Shown here piece by piece: positions 1-11,405 of a stretch of DNA of 64,000 nucleotides (its first letter is position 1; each line of letters begins with the position of its first letter). The DNA is from an uncultured Brevibacillus sp. (GTDB lineage Bacteria; Bacillota; Bacilli; Brevibacillales; Brevibacillaceae). Below the pieces are notes generated by a model. The model was given only the letters and a program-made list of their open reading frames with translations. It was not told where the DNA came from and did not search any database. Made by a program: the position numbers and the translations under genes. Location of the stretch: the NCBI GenBank assembly GCA_946402065.1, contig CAMIVR010000014.1:443-64442 (forward strand). The letters are read 5' to 3'.

Positions 1-848
1 GCAATGATCAGCGTCATCTCCAGCCCCCAGCGCTTTGTGATGTAGCCGGCGATGCGCATGAAGGGAGCTTCACTCCCGGCGAACAGCAGAAAGGCAAAGC
101 CAACTCCGACAATCGTTCCGCCGATGTGCTGGTAGAACAGTGCAAACCATGTGTTGTGGGCATTGATCGTACCGAAGACGAAGAACGAACTGATCAGAAA
201 CAGGAGAAACCGCGGCAGCCGCAAAAGCTGGCCCAATCCGATAAAGAGGTTGCCGCCAATCTGCGTGCGCCCTCCATCGTCGGGAATGCCGCGCAAGAAT
301 AATACCGCTACGACACAGGCGATGGCGTGAAAGTAAAAAATCGCGTTGGCGCCCCACGCCTTGACACCCAAGCCAGTCAAATAGACGGCGACGGCATAGC
401 CAATCGCCCCCCACAGGCGGATATTGCCGTACGGAATGGATGTTTTTTGCACAAAGTTCAATGCCAGCGTATCGGAAATGGGCACAATCGCGCATTGAAA
501 CAGCGAAAAGACAGTAAACAGCACGATGATCCAGGCGTAGGCGGAAATCATTGTGAAAAACAGGGAAACCACTGCTGCCGCGAGTAATGCCACCAGTAAA
601 ATCGGCTTGCGGATGTGAAACTTGTCACATACCATTCCCCATAGCGGTTGGACAAAGATTGAGACAAGCGGTGTGACCGAACTGATCGTGCCGATCTGTG
701 TGCCGGTCAGATGAATCGCTTGATAGTATTGCGTCAACAGCGGCGTGAGCGCTCCGAATGCGTAGAAACTGAATGTGTACAGACCGCCAAAGGCCAGGTA
801 GACACGCTTCTCTTCACTGCGGGGCTGACTCGCCGATAATTCAGACAT
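1..848 (-). CDS. MFS transporter (partial, runs off the window start)
   Basis: Manual translation from ATG at 848: MSELSASQPRSEEKRVYLAFGGLYTFSFYAFG...QPLWGMVCDKF...YGNIRLWGAIG; multiple hydrophobic helices and MFS-type motifs; absent from the ORF track because it is truncated. Confidence 0.85.
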   Translation of the reverse strand, partial: MSELSASQPRSEEKRVYLAFGGLYTFSFYAFGALTPLLTQYYQAIHLTGTQIGTISSVTPLVSIFVQPLWGMVCDKFHIRKPILLVALLAAAVVSLFFTMISAYAWIIVLFTVFSLFQCAIVPISDTLALNFVQKTSIPYGNIRLWGAIGYAVAVYLTGLGVKAWGANAIFYFHAIACVVAVLFLRGIPDDGGRTQIGGNLFIGLGQLLRLPRFLLFLISSFFVFGTINAHNTWFALFYQHIGGTIVGVGFAFLLFAGSEAPFMRIAGYITKRWGLEMTLII

Positions 849-970
849 GATTTTCTTCCCTTCCCCATGCTTGTATCTCTATATGCCAAATAAGCCCCTC
901 AATATACCACGTGATTTCCGGCGCTTTTCAAAATTGCTTCCAGTCCCGCCAGCAATTTTGGCAACTGCCT

Positions 971-1906
971 CTATTTGACAGACGGCAAGATTTTATCCAT
1001 GTTTACGGTGCGCTTTTTATCCCATGTCTCCGGTTTGGCCTCGTCGTACTGCTCGAGGAAGCTGATCACTTCTTTTGTCAAAGGCGTTGGCGTGGAAGCT
1101 CCCGAAGTAACGGCTACTTTTTTCTTGCCCTTCAGCCAGGCCAAATCCAGCTCGGACAAATCGGCAATCCGGTAGGCTGGTACATGTGCGATCTCTTGCG
1201 ACACCTGTGCCAGTCGATTCGAATTGTTGCTGCGCGGATCGCCGACGACGATGCAGACGTCGGCATCGCCTGCCTGCTCGGCGACAGCTTCCTGGCGCAC
1301 CTGGGTAGCCAGGCAGATTTCGTTGTGCACCTCTACCTGGGGGTATTTTTGCAGGATCGCATCCATCAGATGCTTGACGTCCCATTGACTCATCGTCGTC
1401 TGATTGGTGACGATCAGCTTGTCTGTAGGCACCTGCAAATTGTCCAGCTCCGCCTGTGTCTGCACCAGGTGGACGTGATCCGGAGCGATGCCCACTGCGC
1501 CTTCTGGCTCGGGATGTCCTTTTTTGCCGATGTAGATGACGTGATAGCCCTCCGCTACCTTGTCGCGAATCAAATCATGTGTTTTCGTTACGTCCGGGCA
1601 CGTCGCATCGACGACGGTCAGACCTTTTTCCCGCGCTTTTTTGCGCACTTCCGGCGAAACGCCGTGAGCGGTAAAAATCACCGTACCCTGATTGATTTTA
1701 TCCAAAAGCGCCAGCCGGTCCTCGCCATCCAGCGTGATAATCCCCTGTTTGGCAAACGAATCGACGACATGCGAATTGTGCACGATCATTCCCAAAATGT
1801 GAATGGGTCGCGGCAGATCAAAGTTTTGCGCCGTCTTCAAAGCCAACACCATGGCATCGACGACCCCGTAACAGTAGCCGCGGGGGGAAATTTTAATGAC
1901 TTCCAC
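971..1906 (-). CDS. ispH: 4-hydroxy-3-methylbut-2-enyl diphosphate reductase
   Basis: [32 protein letters not shown] and TSGASTP motifs. Confidence 0.97.
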   Translation of the reverse strand: MEVIKISPRGYCYGVVDAMVLALKTAQNFDLPRPIHILGMIVHNSHVVDSFAKQGIITLDGEDRLALLDKINQGTVIFTAHGVSPEVRKKAREKGLTVVDATCPDVTKTHDLIRDKVAEGYHVIYIGKKGHPEPEGAVGIAPDHVHLVQTQAELDNLQVPTDKLIVTNQTTMSQWDVKHLMDAILQKYPQVEVHNEICLATQVRQEAVAEQAGDADVCIVVGDPRSNNSNRLAQVSQEIAHVPAYRIADLSELDLAWLKGKKKVAVTSGASTPTPLTKEVISFLEQYDEAKPETWDKKRTVNMDKILPSVK

Positions 1907-2033
1907 CTCTGCCCCTCCTTATTCCCTGTGAAAAACGTCGCGACGCTTTTCCTGATGTGTGAATGCAAACGCTGCGTGGTCTGCGAAACGCTCATGACCG
2001 CCTCGCGTTTACAAGCGTTACTCTTAGTATACC

Positions 2034-2969
2034 TTACTTGATCCCCTGGCTTCGCTTGATTTGGTATACTTGCAAATTGTTGTAGACGATGGTCAACAGA
2101 GGTGCGGGCACGTCATGCTGTTTGGCTAGTTCCAGCAGGTAGCCTTGCAGGTGATCCGCTTCTACCGGCAGCCCTTTCTCCATGTCACGCAGCATCGACG
2201 CTTTCACTGCGTAGCCCTCGTCCATAAACACCTGCATTTGCCGATCGACTGCGCTGTCTGAGATCGGAGCACCCACTTTGCGCATAATCGCGGCCGCCTC
2301 TTCTGCCAGTTGTCTGGTCAAGGCAGCGCCATCCGACGCATCGCGGATCGGCCCGACGGAAGCGTTCATCAGCGTCGTCATCCCGGACAGTGTCGTAATG
2401 AACAAATACTTATGCCACATGTCGCGCTGAATGGTCTGGGTGGAGCGGAAGACCGCCTTCGTGCCGGCAAACAGCTCTTCCAGCCTGGCAATCCGCTCAG
2501 TGCGCTCTCCCGACCATTCGCCGTACAGCAGATCGTTCATTTTACTCGTATGGACGACGTCGCCTTCCGCATTCAGCGTCGTCTCGATAAAGCACAGGCC
2601 GCCCAGTACTTTCTCGCTGCCGAAACGCTGCTTGAGCTGCTCGTGGTGGGCCATCCCGTTCAACAGCGGGATAATCGTCGTCTGCTCGCCGACATAGGGA
2701 GTGATCGACTCGATTCCGTCGGCCAAGTTGTACGCCTTCGTCGAAAACAGAATCACGTCAAATGGCCCCGCCGCTTCTCCCGCGACAATCAGCTTGGGCT
2801 CGATGTGCAAGTCGCCGTGCACACTATGTATATGCAGTCCGTGCCGTGCCAACTGCTGCTTGCGTTTTTCCCTGACCAGAAAAGTCACGTCTGCTCCCTT
2901 TTCGATCAACCGACCGCCAAAGTAGCCGCCGACTGCGCCTGCCCCTAACACCAGCACCTTCATTCCCAT
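2034..2969 (-). CDS. panE: Ketopantoate reductase family protein
   Basis: GAGAVG Rossmann motif, MWHKY, ASMLRDM...EAD motifs. Confidence 0.9.
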   Translation of the reverse strand: MGMKVLVLGAGAVGGYFGGRLIEKGADVTFLVREKRKQQLARHGLHIHSVHGDLHIEPKLIVAGEAAGPFDVILFSTKAYNLADGIESITPYVGEQTTIIPLLNGMAHHEQLKQRFGSEKVLGGLCFIETTLNAEGDVVHTSKMNDLLYGEWSGERTERIARLEELFAGTKAVFRSTQTIQRDMWHKYLFITTLSGMTTLMNASVGPIRDASDGAALTRQLAEEAAAIMRKVGAPISDSAVDRQMQVFMDEGYAVKASMLRDMEKGLPVEADHLQGYLLELAKQHDVPAPLLTIVYNNLQVYQIKRSQGIK

Positions 2970-3217
2970 TCTCCTCCCACATATACGAATCTGACCATTG
3001 TCTTCATTATACTGTTACATCGCATGCTTTTCACTCTGTTTGCGCTTGTCAGAAAAAGTTACCTGCAGCAGGTAGCCGCAGCATGCAGCCAGGGTCTGCT
3101 GGAAGAGAATGCCGAGTATGACTGGAACGATCCCGTGCCTGGAAAGGATCCCTGCCGATAAACGGAAAGCGGGCGGCCTGATGCCCCCCGATTTTTGCTG
3201 AACCGCTCTGATGCTGG

Positions 3218-4303
3218 CTATGCGTCTGATCCAATCGCCTGCTCAATCCGGTTGAACCCGTCCTGGGCCATGAGCATCAGCAATTCTTTGTTGATTTGTG
3301 CCGCAATCCCCGGTCCCTGGTACGCCATGCCCGTGTAGACTTGCACAAGACTGGCGCCCGCCTTGATTTTCGCGTAGGCATCTTCTCCGGTAAAAATTCC
3401 GCCGACGCCGATGATCGGAACCTGCTTGCCCACTTCCTGGAAGATTTCCTTGACCCAGGCCGTGGAACGCTCTGTCAACGGCCGCCCGCTCAATCCGCCT
3501 GCCTCATTCGCATGCTGGTGATGCTTGACCGCTTCCCGGGACAACGTCGTATTCGTCGCGATGATCCCCGCCGCTCCCTCTTCGACCGCGGCATGGACGA
3601 CGTCATGCATCTGCTCGTCCGACATGTCGGGCGCTACCTTGAGCAAAATCGGCTTTGCCTTTGCTCCTTTGGCCTCCAGCTCACGAGCTTTTCCATTGAT
3701 CGCCTGGAGCAGTTGCCGCAAGCTCTCCGTCTCCTGCAAATCGCGAAGATTCGGTGTATTCGGCGAGCTGATGTTGATGACCAGGTAATCGCCGTACGGG
3801 TAAAGCTGTTCGAGACATTTTTTATAATCCTCGGCGGCCTCCTCGTTGGGTGTCACTTTGTTCTTGCCGATGTTGACGCCTACAGGAATGCCCGCCTGCT
3901 GATAATTTTTCAGGTGCTGTGCCGCTGCGGCAGCTCCGTGGTTGTTGAAGCCCATGCGATTGATGATGGCCTGGTACTCGCTCAAGCGAAACAAACGCGG
4001 CCTCTCATTGCCCGGCTGCGCCAGTGGAGTAAGCGTGCCTACTTCGACGAAGCCAAACCCAAGGGCTTCGAACGCCTGATACACCTCTGCATTTTTGTCG
4101 AACCCGGCGGCCAGTCCTACGGGATTGGGAAACGTCAGTCCCCACAGCTTTACTTCCAGCCGATGATCGGCAAATTTGAATATCTGGCGAAGCAGGCTTC
4201 TCCCTCCTGGCAGTTGATCGGCGAGGCGCAGCGCGGAAACCGTCCACTCATGCGTCGCCTCCGGGTCCATTGCAAACAGTGCTTTTCTCACCAGTTGGTA
4301 CAC
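3218..4303 (-). CDS. pyrD: Quinone-dependent dihydroorotate dehydrogenase (class 2)
   Basis: GLAAGFDKN, NRMGFNN, NISSPNTPNLR, GGLSG motifs; likely GTG start at 4303 after GGAGGAG (ORF track extends to 4363). Confidence 0.95.
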   Translation of the reverse strand: MYQLVRKALFAMDPEATHEWTVSALRLADQLPGGRSLLRQIFKFADHRLEVKLWGLTFPNPVGLAAGFDKNAEVYQAFEALGFGFVEVGTLTPLAQPGNERPRLFRLSEYQAIINRMGFNNHGAAAAAQHLKNYQQAGIPVGVNIGKNKVTPNEEAAEDYKKCLEQLYPYGDYLVINISSPNTPNLRDLQETESLRQLLQAINGKARELEAKGAKAKPILLKVAPDMSDEQMHDVVHAAVEEGAAGIIATNTTLSREAVKHHQHANEAGGLSGRPLTERSTAWVKEIFQEVGKQVPIIGVGGIFTGEDAYAKIKAGASLVQVYTGMAYQGPGIAAQINKELLMLMAQDGFNRIEQAIGSDA

Positions 4304-4497
4304 CTTGTCCACTCCTCCGTTTTTTCTGCCTTTGAGCATACCATATTCCCGGGAGAAAAGCATAGATGCAATACCGCCGAATTAGAAAGCTTGGCTACGC
4401 TAAGCTGTTTGGCGCAGCCTTAGTTGCGCTTGTAAGGAAAAGGCTGACGCACTGTGAATGTTCACAAAATGCATCAGCCTTATGTGTGAGCCGCTGT

Positions 4498-5622
4498 TTA
4501 GTTTTTCACCATCAGCAGCGAGTCGATGTCATGGTAAGGCAGGTTGTGCGCTTCCGCTACACCCTTGAATGTGATCTTGCCGTCGATGACGTTTACGCCA
4601 CGAGCGAGCGGACGATTGGCGGCAATCGCTTCGCGGTACCCTTTGTTCGCCAGTTGGACAGCGTAAGGGATTGTCACGTTGGTCAGTGCGAGCGTGGAAG
4701 TGCGGGCAACCGCTCCCGGCATGTTGGCGACAGAGTAGTGAATGACGCCATGCTTTTCAAATGTAGGATTGTCGTGTGTCGTGATGCGGTCGATGGTTTC
4801 AATCGATCCGCCCTGGTCGATTGCTACGTCGACGATGACAGATCCCGGCGCCATCGATTTCACCATTTCTTCCGTGACGAGGCGAGGGGCACGCGCACCC
4901 GGGATCAAGACGGCACCGACCAAAAGGTCAGCCTTTTTCACCGCGTTGGCGATGTTGAAGCTGTTGGAGATAAGCGTTTGCACACGGCCCTGGAAGAGGT
5001 CGTCCAGTTGACGCAAGCGGTCGGCACTGATGTCGAGGATCGTGACGTTTGCGCCCAGACCGAGTGCCATTTTCGCTGCATTGGTACCGACGATTCCGCC
5101 GCCGACGATAACGACTTCGCCTTTAGGCACGCCTGGTACGCCTGCGAGCAGCACGCCTTTGCCGCCATACGGTTTTTCGAGGAATTGCGCACCGATCTGG
5201 ATCGACATGCGGCCAGCCACTTCACTCATCGGCGTCAACAGCGGCAGTGCGCCATTGTCGAGCTGGATCGTTTCATAAGCGATGGCGATGACTTTCTTGT
5301 CCATCAGGGCACGAGTCAATTCCGGTTCCGGCGCCAGGTGGAGATATGTGAAAAGAACCAAGCCTTCGCGGAAGTGCGCGTATTCGGGAGCAAGCGGCTC
5401 CTTTACTTTCATGACCATGTCGGCTGCCCACGCTTCCGCAGCGGTCGGAACGATTTGCGCCCCCACTGCAGCGTAATCAGCGTCTGTAAAGCCGCTGCCC
5501 ATGCCTGCATTCGTTTCGATCACTACTTTGTGGCCGTTTTGCACAAAGGCAGCTACCCCTGCAGGTGTAATGGCTACGCGGTTTTCATTGTTTTTAATCT
5601 CTTTTGGAATTCCCACAAGCAT
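4498..5622 (-). CDS. ald: Alanine dehydrogenase
   Basis: [41 protein letters not shown] motifs. Confidence 0.97.
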   Translation of the reverse strand: MLVGIPKEIKNNENRVAITPAGVAAFVQNGHKVVIETNAGMGSGFTDADYAAVGAQIVPTAAEAWAADMVMKVKEPLAPEYAHFREGLVLFTYLHLAPEPELTRALMDKKVIAIAYETIQLDNGALPLLTPMSEVAGRMSIQIGAQFLEKPYGGKGVLLAGVPGVPKGEVVIVGGGIVGTNAAKMALGLGANVTILDISADRLRQLDDLFQGRVQTLISNSFNIANAVKKADLLVGAVLIPGARAPRLVTEEMVKSMAPGSVIVDVAIDQGGSIETIDRITTHDNPTFEKHGVIHYSVANMPGAVARTSTLALTNVTIPYAVQLANKGYREAIAANRPLARGVNVIDGKITFKGVAEAHNLPYHDIDSLLMVKN

Positions 5623-5732
5623 GCTATAGATCCTCCTTTGGATTTACCCTGGTGAGTCGGCTTCTTCTCTCCATTGTACAGCGCTTTCAAATAATTCTCT
5701 TTGGGAATTCTATTGATTTTACCATCTGTCTA

Positions 5733-5750
5733 TTTGTGGATTTTCACAAA
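5733..5750. promoter_or_regulatory. Candidate AdeR (PucR-family) operator upstream of ald
   Basis: Perfect inverted repeat TTTGTG-N6-CACAAA between adeR and ald. Confidence 0.65.
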
Positions 5751-5754
5751 CGGG

Positions 5755-6996
5755 CTACTTATCCTTTTCTAGCTTATCCAATTTTATATCCAAATACAGC
5801 GAGGTTCGCTGATTTTGATCGTCCAGGTTCATCTCGATGATTTCTTCTACGCGTCGCAGCCGGTAGCTGAGCGTGTTGATGTGGATGTGCAGCTTTTGCG
5901 CAGTCACATTCACTTTTCCTGCCTGATCGAGAAACGTCTCCAGCGTCTCCAGCAGATTGGTCTGGTTTTCCCGATCGTATTGCTTGAGCTTGCCGATGCG
6001 TTCGTTCACGTAGCCTTCCGCATCGCCCCACTTTTTCAATTGCAGCAAAAAGCGATAGATGCCCAATTCGTGGAACCCCTGAATCTTGCTCGTCTCCACG
6101 GGAAACAGGCGCTTGACCTGCATCACCTGCAGCGCCTCCCGGTAGCTCTTGACGATGTCCAGATACGCCGTGTAGGGCTGCCCGTATCCGGCGACAACCT
6201 GTCCATTCTCGACATGGTCGACTAATTTGTCCAGCGATTCGCTGAAGAATTGGCCGGCCAGGTAAGACAGGGACGACTTTTCCTTCGCTTTTGCAGCAGT
6301 CGCCGGCCGGCCCATCAGCAGAATCAACTGCGAGCCGTCCAGCACCCAGAGCAGCTTGTCGCGCATCAGCAGAGGGTACAAGTACTGTTCCAGATTGGGG
6401 CCGGCCGCTTCGATGATGCAGATCAAATACGGCGAGGGCAGAGTCATTTGCAGCGCCTGCGCTTTCCGCTTGATCGACGCTTCGCTCGTGTGGTTGCCGA
6501 GCAGCAGCTCCCAAAAAAACTCTTTGCGCCGCTGCTCCTCCGCCTTGCGCTTCCCCTGCCGCTGAACGAGCAGCGGAACAGCCGCTCTAGCCGCTTGCTT
6601 GAGAATGTCGTCTGCTTCCGTGGTGATCGGCTGATTTACTTCCTGCGCCCAAATGTATCCGAGCACCTCCACGCCTTTGCGTATCGCAATGGCTACCCGC
6701 TTGCCCAGCCCCACTTCGTCCTTGGGAGCAATATGCACAGGGTCATCCTGGGTCAGGAGCATTTGGAAGACGCCGTCTTTCCACAGACGGGTCAGCACCT
6801 TTTCCGGGACCCTCCTGCCCATGATCGTCGACCAACGGGCTTGGTCCGTACTGTCGCCATGCAAGCTGTAGGCGATCAGCTTGTGGTCGGAATCTTCTAT
6901 GGTAATCGGATTTTGCAACAGGTCGGCTATGACATCGGCCAGTTCATCGACATCTGCGTGTTGGAATTGCTGAAAGTAGTCAGGTTGAGTCGTCAT
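5755..6996 (-). CDS. adeR: PucR-family transcriptional activator of ald
   Basis: C-terminal PucR HTH (LHIHINTLSYRLRRVEE); immediately upstream of ald as in B. subtilis adeR-ald. Confidence 0.85.
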   Translation of the reverse strand: MTTQPDYFQQFQHADVDELADVIADLLQNPITIEDSDHKLIAYSLHGDSTDQARWSTIMGRRVPEKVLTRLWKDGVFQMLLTQDDPVHIAPKDEVGLGKRVAIAIRKGVEVLGYIWAQEVNQPITTEADDILKQAARAAVPLLVQRQGKRKAEEQRRKEFFWELLLGNHTSEASIKRKAQALQMTLPSPYLICIIEAAGPNLEQYLYPLLMRDKLLWVLDGSQLILLMGRPATAAKAKEKSSLSYLAGQFFSESLDKLVDHVENGQVVAGYGQPYTAYLDIVKSYREALQVMQVKRLFPVETSKIQGFHELGIYRFLLQLKKWGDAEGYVNERIGKLKQYDRENQTNLLETLETFLDQAGKVNVTAQKLHIHINTLSYRLRRVEEIIEMNLDDQNQRTSLYLDIKLDKLEKDK

Positions 6997-7116
6997 GATT
7001 CACCTTCTTCACCGTTAAGGATTTTGCAAAATCCTCAGTTAGCAGACTTTTTCCTTATATTATAGAGGAAAATCGTGAAAAGATGAAAATGTTCAGCAAA
7101 AATTCCGGGCTCTCCG

Positions 7117-8424
7117 CTACATGTTGTCAGCTTTTTCCAACTTGATCACAGAAGCTACACTGCTCTTGCTCTCCAGCCCTTTGCTCTGTTCCCATAAATG
7201 CTGGCCGCGATGGAAAAACGGAAAGGCCAGAAACCCGAGCAGCATGAGGATGGCAAAAATGACCGGCCCCTGCCCAAAGCCCAATGTATGGAGCAAAATA
7301 CCGCCAATCCAGGCACAGACGCTCTGCCCGATAAACGCAAAGCCGCTGGCTCCGTAATAAGCACCGCGCAAATGGTCGGGGGCAATCTCTCCAATCAGCA
7401 CATCGCCAATCACGAAGCACAGAATCTCCCCGATGGTAAATACGACCATCGCCAGGGCGAGCAGCACCGTGTTGGAAAAAATCCCAAACCCGAACAGACC
7501 GAGTCCGAAAAACAGGCATCCCGCTTTGAGGGAAGTCAACGAAGAGAAGCGTTTCATCAACTTCGCCAGCGGATACTGGAAGACGAGCACAGACAGCGTA
7601 TTGATCACAAACAGAAACGAGTACGTTTCCACCCGATCGTGCCCGATGTACTGCGACAACGTAGTGTCCAGATGCGAGTAGGCACCCGCGACGAATATGT
7701 TGCCCAGCAAAAAGTAGAGAAACACTTTATCCGTAAATACGATCCGCACGATTTGTCTCATCGCGACGGAACCAGAACGTTCATGCAGCACGTTCTTGAA
7801 GATCGCCATAAAACACACCAGCACTACAGCATACAAGGCAAAAATAGCTGCACTGGTGAAAAACGGCAACAGCGAGGACGTGCCCCCTGCCCCAAGCTTC
7901 AGCCCGATTAACGGTCCGATCGCTCCGCCGATATTGATCGCGAAGTACCTCGCATTAAAGGCGTCGGCCCGGCGCTCGGCAGGCGTGACATCTGCCAGCA
8001 AAGCTCGCGAAGTCGGTTCAAAAACACTTCGGCAGAGACCATTTAGCGCGCTCAACAGGAAAAACAGCCACGTCGCATCCGCATACGCGAACCCGATGAG
8101 AGTCACGCTCCATACAGCCATCGCCCCGATCATCACCGGGTATCGGCCAAAACGGTCAGACAAGGCTCCGCCAAAAAAGCTGCTCATCGTCCCAACCAGC
8201 AGGCTCGCTGCTAAAATCGCCCCGACAGTGGCCGGATCAATGCCCCTTCCTTTGCCCAGATAAATCCCCAAAAACGGTATCGTCATAAAAAAGCCGGTGC
8301 GGGAGAGAAAGGTGCCGATAATGACACCCCAAGCGACCGGATGAAATCCCGTCAGGCTGCCCAGCTTTTTGAAAAAATGGCCCATGCTCATCATCCCCGT
8401 TTGCTCTATATATTCTTGATCCAT
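7117..8424 (-). CDS. MFS multidrug-type transporter (YhjO-like)
   Basis: GALSDRFGR motif A, about 12 TM segments; true start probably ~8385-8394. Confidence 0.88.
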   Translation of the reverse strand: MDQEYIEQTGMMSMGHFFKKLGSLTGFHPVAWGVIIGTFLSRTGFFMTIPFLGIYLGKGRGIDPATVGAILAASLLVGTMSSFFGGALSDRFGRYPVMIGAMAVWSVTLIGFAYADATWLFFLLSALNGLCRSVFEPTSRALLADVTPAERRADAFNARYFAINIGGAIGPLIGLKLGAGGTSSLLPFFTSAAIFALYAVVLVCFMAIFKNVLHERSGSVAMRQIVRIVFTDKVFLYFLLGNIFVAGAYSHLDTTLSQYIGHDRVETYSFLFVINTLSVLVFQYPLAKLMKRFSSLTSLKAGCLFFGLGLFGFGIFSNTVLLALAMVVFTIGEILCFVIGDVLIGEIAPDHLRGAYYGASGFAFIGQSVCAWIGGILLHTLGFGQGPVIFAILMLLGFLAFPFFHRGQHLWEQSKGLESKSSVASVIKLEKADNM

Positions 8425-8530
8425 TCCGTTGAATGATTATTCCTATTCACAGTATAGCTGCCAAAAAGGAGATGAAAAGTGTATGATTAATAGGAAGCAG
8501 TTCACCTTTTATTTCGGAAAGGGGATTCCG

Positions 8531-10360
8531 ATGCTTGCTGTTTTGCATTTTTTAGAGCTTCGTTCCTTTTTCACCGACCAGAAAGTGGAGGTACCTTTTC
8601 CCGTTACAGTCGAAAAACTAAGCGACATATGGCACTGTACCCCCAGATACGCCAAGCTGATCACCCGCAAGCTCTCTGAGCTCGGCTGGATTTCTTGGCA
8701 AGCCGGACGCGGACGCGGCCACACATCCAAGCTGACGCTATTGGCTGACGCAGATGAGCTTCTCGTGTCGGAAGCAAAAACCAAGATGGAACTGGGCGAG
8801 ATGAAAGAAGCGATGGAGCTGATGAACCGCTTCGGTGGAGCCACCGCCAAGAGCTTTTTTTTGGACTGGCTGTCAGAAGGGATGGGCTTCTCGACCCAGG
8901 TCGTTTCCGACAAGCTCCATGACACGCTGCGGTTTCCCGTCTACCGCTCGATCGTTACGCTCGATCCGTGCTGCGCCTATTACGCTTTTGACACGCACAT
9001 CGTCAGCCAAGTGTTCAACACGCTCGTGACCTACGACCAGGAAAGCCGGAAGATCGTGCCCTGCATCGCCCATTCGTGGGAAAGCAGCAGCGACGCCCGG
9101 GACTGGACGTTTCATTTGAAGAAAAACGTCATGTTCCATCACGGCCGCGAGCTGACTGCACTAGACGTCGTCTTCTCGCTGGATCGACTGCGCCTGCATC
9201 CGGAGCGCTTTGAACCTTCCTGGATGCTTCAAGACATTGAACATCTGGAAGCGATTGACCATAAAACCGTCCGCGTCCGCCTGAAAAAATCGAATTACTT
9301 GCTCCTGAATTTTTTAAGCACCGTACCGGCCAGCATCGTTCCGGAGGAGCTCGTTCGCAAGAGCGAAGCGGATTTTGCCAGACAGCCGATCGGCACGGGG
9401 CCCTTTCGCATCGCACAGCTCAACGAACGAATCTGCGTGCTGGAGGCATTTACGGCGCACTTTCAAGGAAGGCCGCACCTCGATCGGGTCGAAGTGCTCA
9501 TTTTTCCCGAAATGGAGCTGGGCAGCTTGAAGGAGCCGGACTGGATGTCTGTCATGACCTCCTACGGGCACACCTCCAAAGATCAGCGAGACGCCGTACT
9601 GCAGGCCAACGGTGAATGGACAAGTATGGAGACGCTGTTCTCCTGCAGCAATCTGCTCGTCTTCAACCAGTGGAAAACCGGACCGCAAAACCATCCCGCC
9701 TTCCGCGAAGCGCTTCATCACATCATCGACCGGGAGCAGATGGTTGCGGATCTGGGGGGCGACCGGATTTATCCGGCGTACGGGTTCCGGCCCCGTCCTC
9801 CCTATGCCGAAGCGATTGCGGCGGCCCGTTCACACAGTCGCGACGATATTTTGGCACTGCTGGCGGCAAGCGGATACAGCGGGGAACCGTTTCACCTGGT
9901 CACGACCACTTACCACGAAGCTGATGCTCAGTGGATTCGCGAGCGCTGCGAGGCGTTCGGCGTCCACGTCGAGGTCAGCGTAAAAGAGCCGTATGAGCTG
10001 GCCGACCACCTGTCGTCCTTGGCCGACGGTCAGTTGTTCGGAAATATTTTCAACAACAACGAAGCGTGCGAACTGGAGATGTACCTGCAAAAAAATTACT
10101 TCTGGTCCGCTTTTGACAAGCAAACGGCAGAAGAAGTCAAACGCGCTGCCGAATCGATTATTCGCGAGCCCGACGAGCAGGAGCGGCAACGCAAACTGGC
10201 TCGGCTGGAAGACTTGATGAGGCAGACGCATTCGATCCTCTACCTCGTCCACAAGAAGAGCAACACGTCGTTTCACAAATCTGTACGCGGCGTAACCATT
10301 AATGCTTTCGGTTGGCTCGACTTCCACAAAATCTGGTTTCATCCGTTCGTCTTGAATTGA
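8531..10360 (+). CDS. SgrR-family regulator / family 5 solute-binding protein (YhjP-like)
   Basis: N-terminal SgrR HTH (WQAGRGRGHTSKL), SBP5 motifs (FHHGRELT, PIGTGPF); ATG 8531 follows an RBS; divergent from the MFS gene. Confidence 0.88.
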   Translation: MLAVLHFLELRSFFTDQKVEVPFPVTVEKLSDIWHCTPRYAKLITRKLSELGWISWQAGRGRGHTSKLTLLADADELLVSEAKTKMELGEMKEAMELMNRFGGATAKSFFLDWLSEGMGFSTQVVSDKLHDTLRFPVYRSIVTLDPCCAYYAFDTHIVSQVFNTLVTYDQESRKIVPCIAHSWESSSDARDWTFHLKKNVMFHHGRELTALDVVFSLDRLRLHPERFEPSWMLQDIEHLEAIDHKTVRVRLKKSNYLLLNFLSTVPASIVPEELVRKSEADFARQPIGTGPFRIAQLNERICVLEAFTAHFQGRPHLDRVEVLIFPEMELGSLKEPDWMSVMTSYGHTSKDQRDAVLQANGEWTSMETLFSCSNLLVFNQWKTGPQNHPAFREALHHIIDREQMVADLGGDRIYPAYGFRPRPPYAEAIAAARSHSRDDILALLAASGYSGEPFHLVTTTYHEADAQWIRERCEAFGVHVEVSVKEPYELADHLSSLADGQLFGNIFNNNEACELEMYLQKNYFWSAFDKQTAEEVKRAAESIIREPDEQERQRKLARLEDLMRQTHSILYLVHKKSNTSFHKSVRGVTINAFGWLDFHKIWFHPFVLN

Positions 10361-10457
10361 GTTCCGGCTTCCTCGGACCCCATTCGCGAGCTTTACAGAT
10401 CAGGTATACACATCACGAACGAGTAACAGGAATCTGAAAAAAACGAGGGATTGCGGC

Positions 10458-11405
10458 ATGAATAAAACGGACCGGCTGCTGGCGATCGTGCTGGAGCTTC
10501 AGCGCAAAGGCATGCAGCGTGCGGAAGATTTGGCGGCGACGTTTGAGACGAGCGTCAGAACGATATACCGGGATGTGCAAGCCCTGTGTGAAGCCGGTGT
10601 GCCGATCATCGGCGCTCCCGGGCAAGGCTATTCCCTGGTCGAAGGGTATTTTTTGCCGCCGGTCAGCTTTACGGTCGAGGAGGCGGTTACGCTGCTGATC
10701 GGCACTGAATTCGTCGCCCAGCGGTTTGATGCAGAATATATGAAAAAGGCAGAAGCCTCCCGCAGCAAAATTGAAGCGATCTTGCCGCCGCCGATCCGGG
10801 CAGAGGTGGCCCGCGTACAAAATACGATGAAGCTGCTAGCCTTCCGCGATGCCGCGAAGGACGAAAAGGAATCGACAACGCTGCGGCTGATCAGGCGGGC
10901 ACTGTTAGAAGGGCGCAAGGTGCAATTCCACTACGCCAAACGGGCCCCGGACAAAGACGGAAATCGGAATAGCTTTCGCTCGGCGGCTCCCTACGGGCTT
11001 GTGTTTACCAGTGGACGGTGGATGCTTTTGGCTCATTGCGATTTGCGCCAGAGCCTGCGGCACTTTCGTTTGTCGCGCATGAGCGATGTGTCCCTTCTCG
11101 ATGAAACGTATCGGCTCCCCGCGGATTTCAATTTATTGGACTACCGTCCGCCCGACGATCGCAATGCCTCTGTCCGTCTGCTGCTGCAGCCGCAAATGGC
11201 AGATCTCGTTCTGGAGTCCTTCCACTTCTACCTCGAGGCCACAGAGGTAACCGATGCTGGCATCATTGCCACACTGCGCGTACGTCAGCCGGAAGAAGTG
11301 CTGCAAGCGGTGCTCGGCTGGGGTGCAGAGATACTCGTGCTGGAACCGGAATCACTGATCGAACGGGTGCGGGAAGAGGCCGAAAAAATAATCAAACGCT
11401 ACTGA
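10458..11405 (+). CDS. YafY-family HTH-WYL-WCX transcriptional regulator
   Basis: HTH (FETSVRTIYRD), WYL domain (PYGL..WML.AHC..R.FRLSRM). Confidence 0.92.
   Translation: MNKTDRLLAIVLELQRKGMQRAEDLAATFETSVRTIYRDVQALCEAGVPIIGAPGQGYSLVEGYFLPPVSFTVEEAVTLLIGTEFVAQRFDAEYMKKAEASRSKIEAILPPPIRAEVARVQNTMKLLAFRDAAKDEKESTTLRLIRRALLEGRKVQFHYAKRAPDKDGNRNSFRSAAPYGLVFTSGRWMLLAHCDLRQSLRHFRLSRMSDVSLLDETYRLPADFNLLDYRPPDDRNASVRLLLQPQMADLVLESFHFYLEATEVTDAGIIATLRVRQPEEVLQAVLGWGAEILVLEPESLIERVREEAEKIIKRY

Noticed and set aside
911-5655. Long plus-strand ORFs (376, 375, 429 aa) opposite ispH, pyrD and ald, and similar shadow ORFs elsewhere
   Set aside because: Antisense shadows of GC-rich conserved genes with no recognisable motifs
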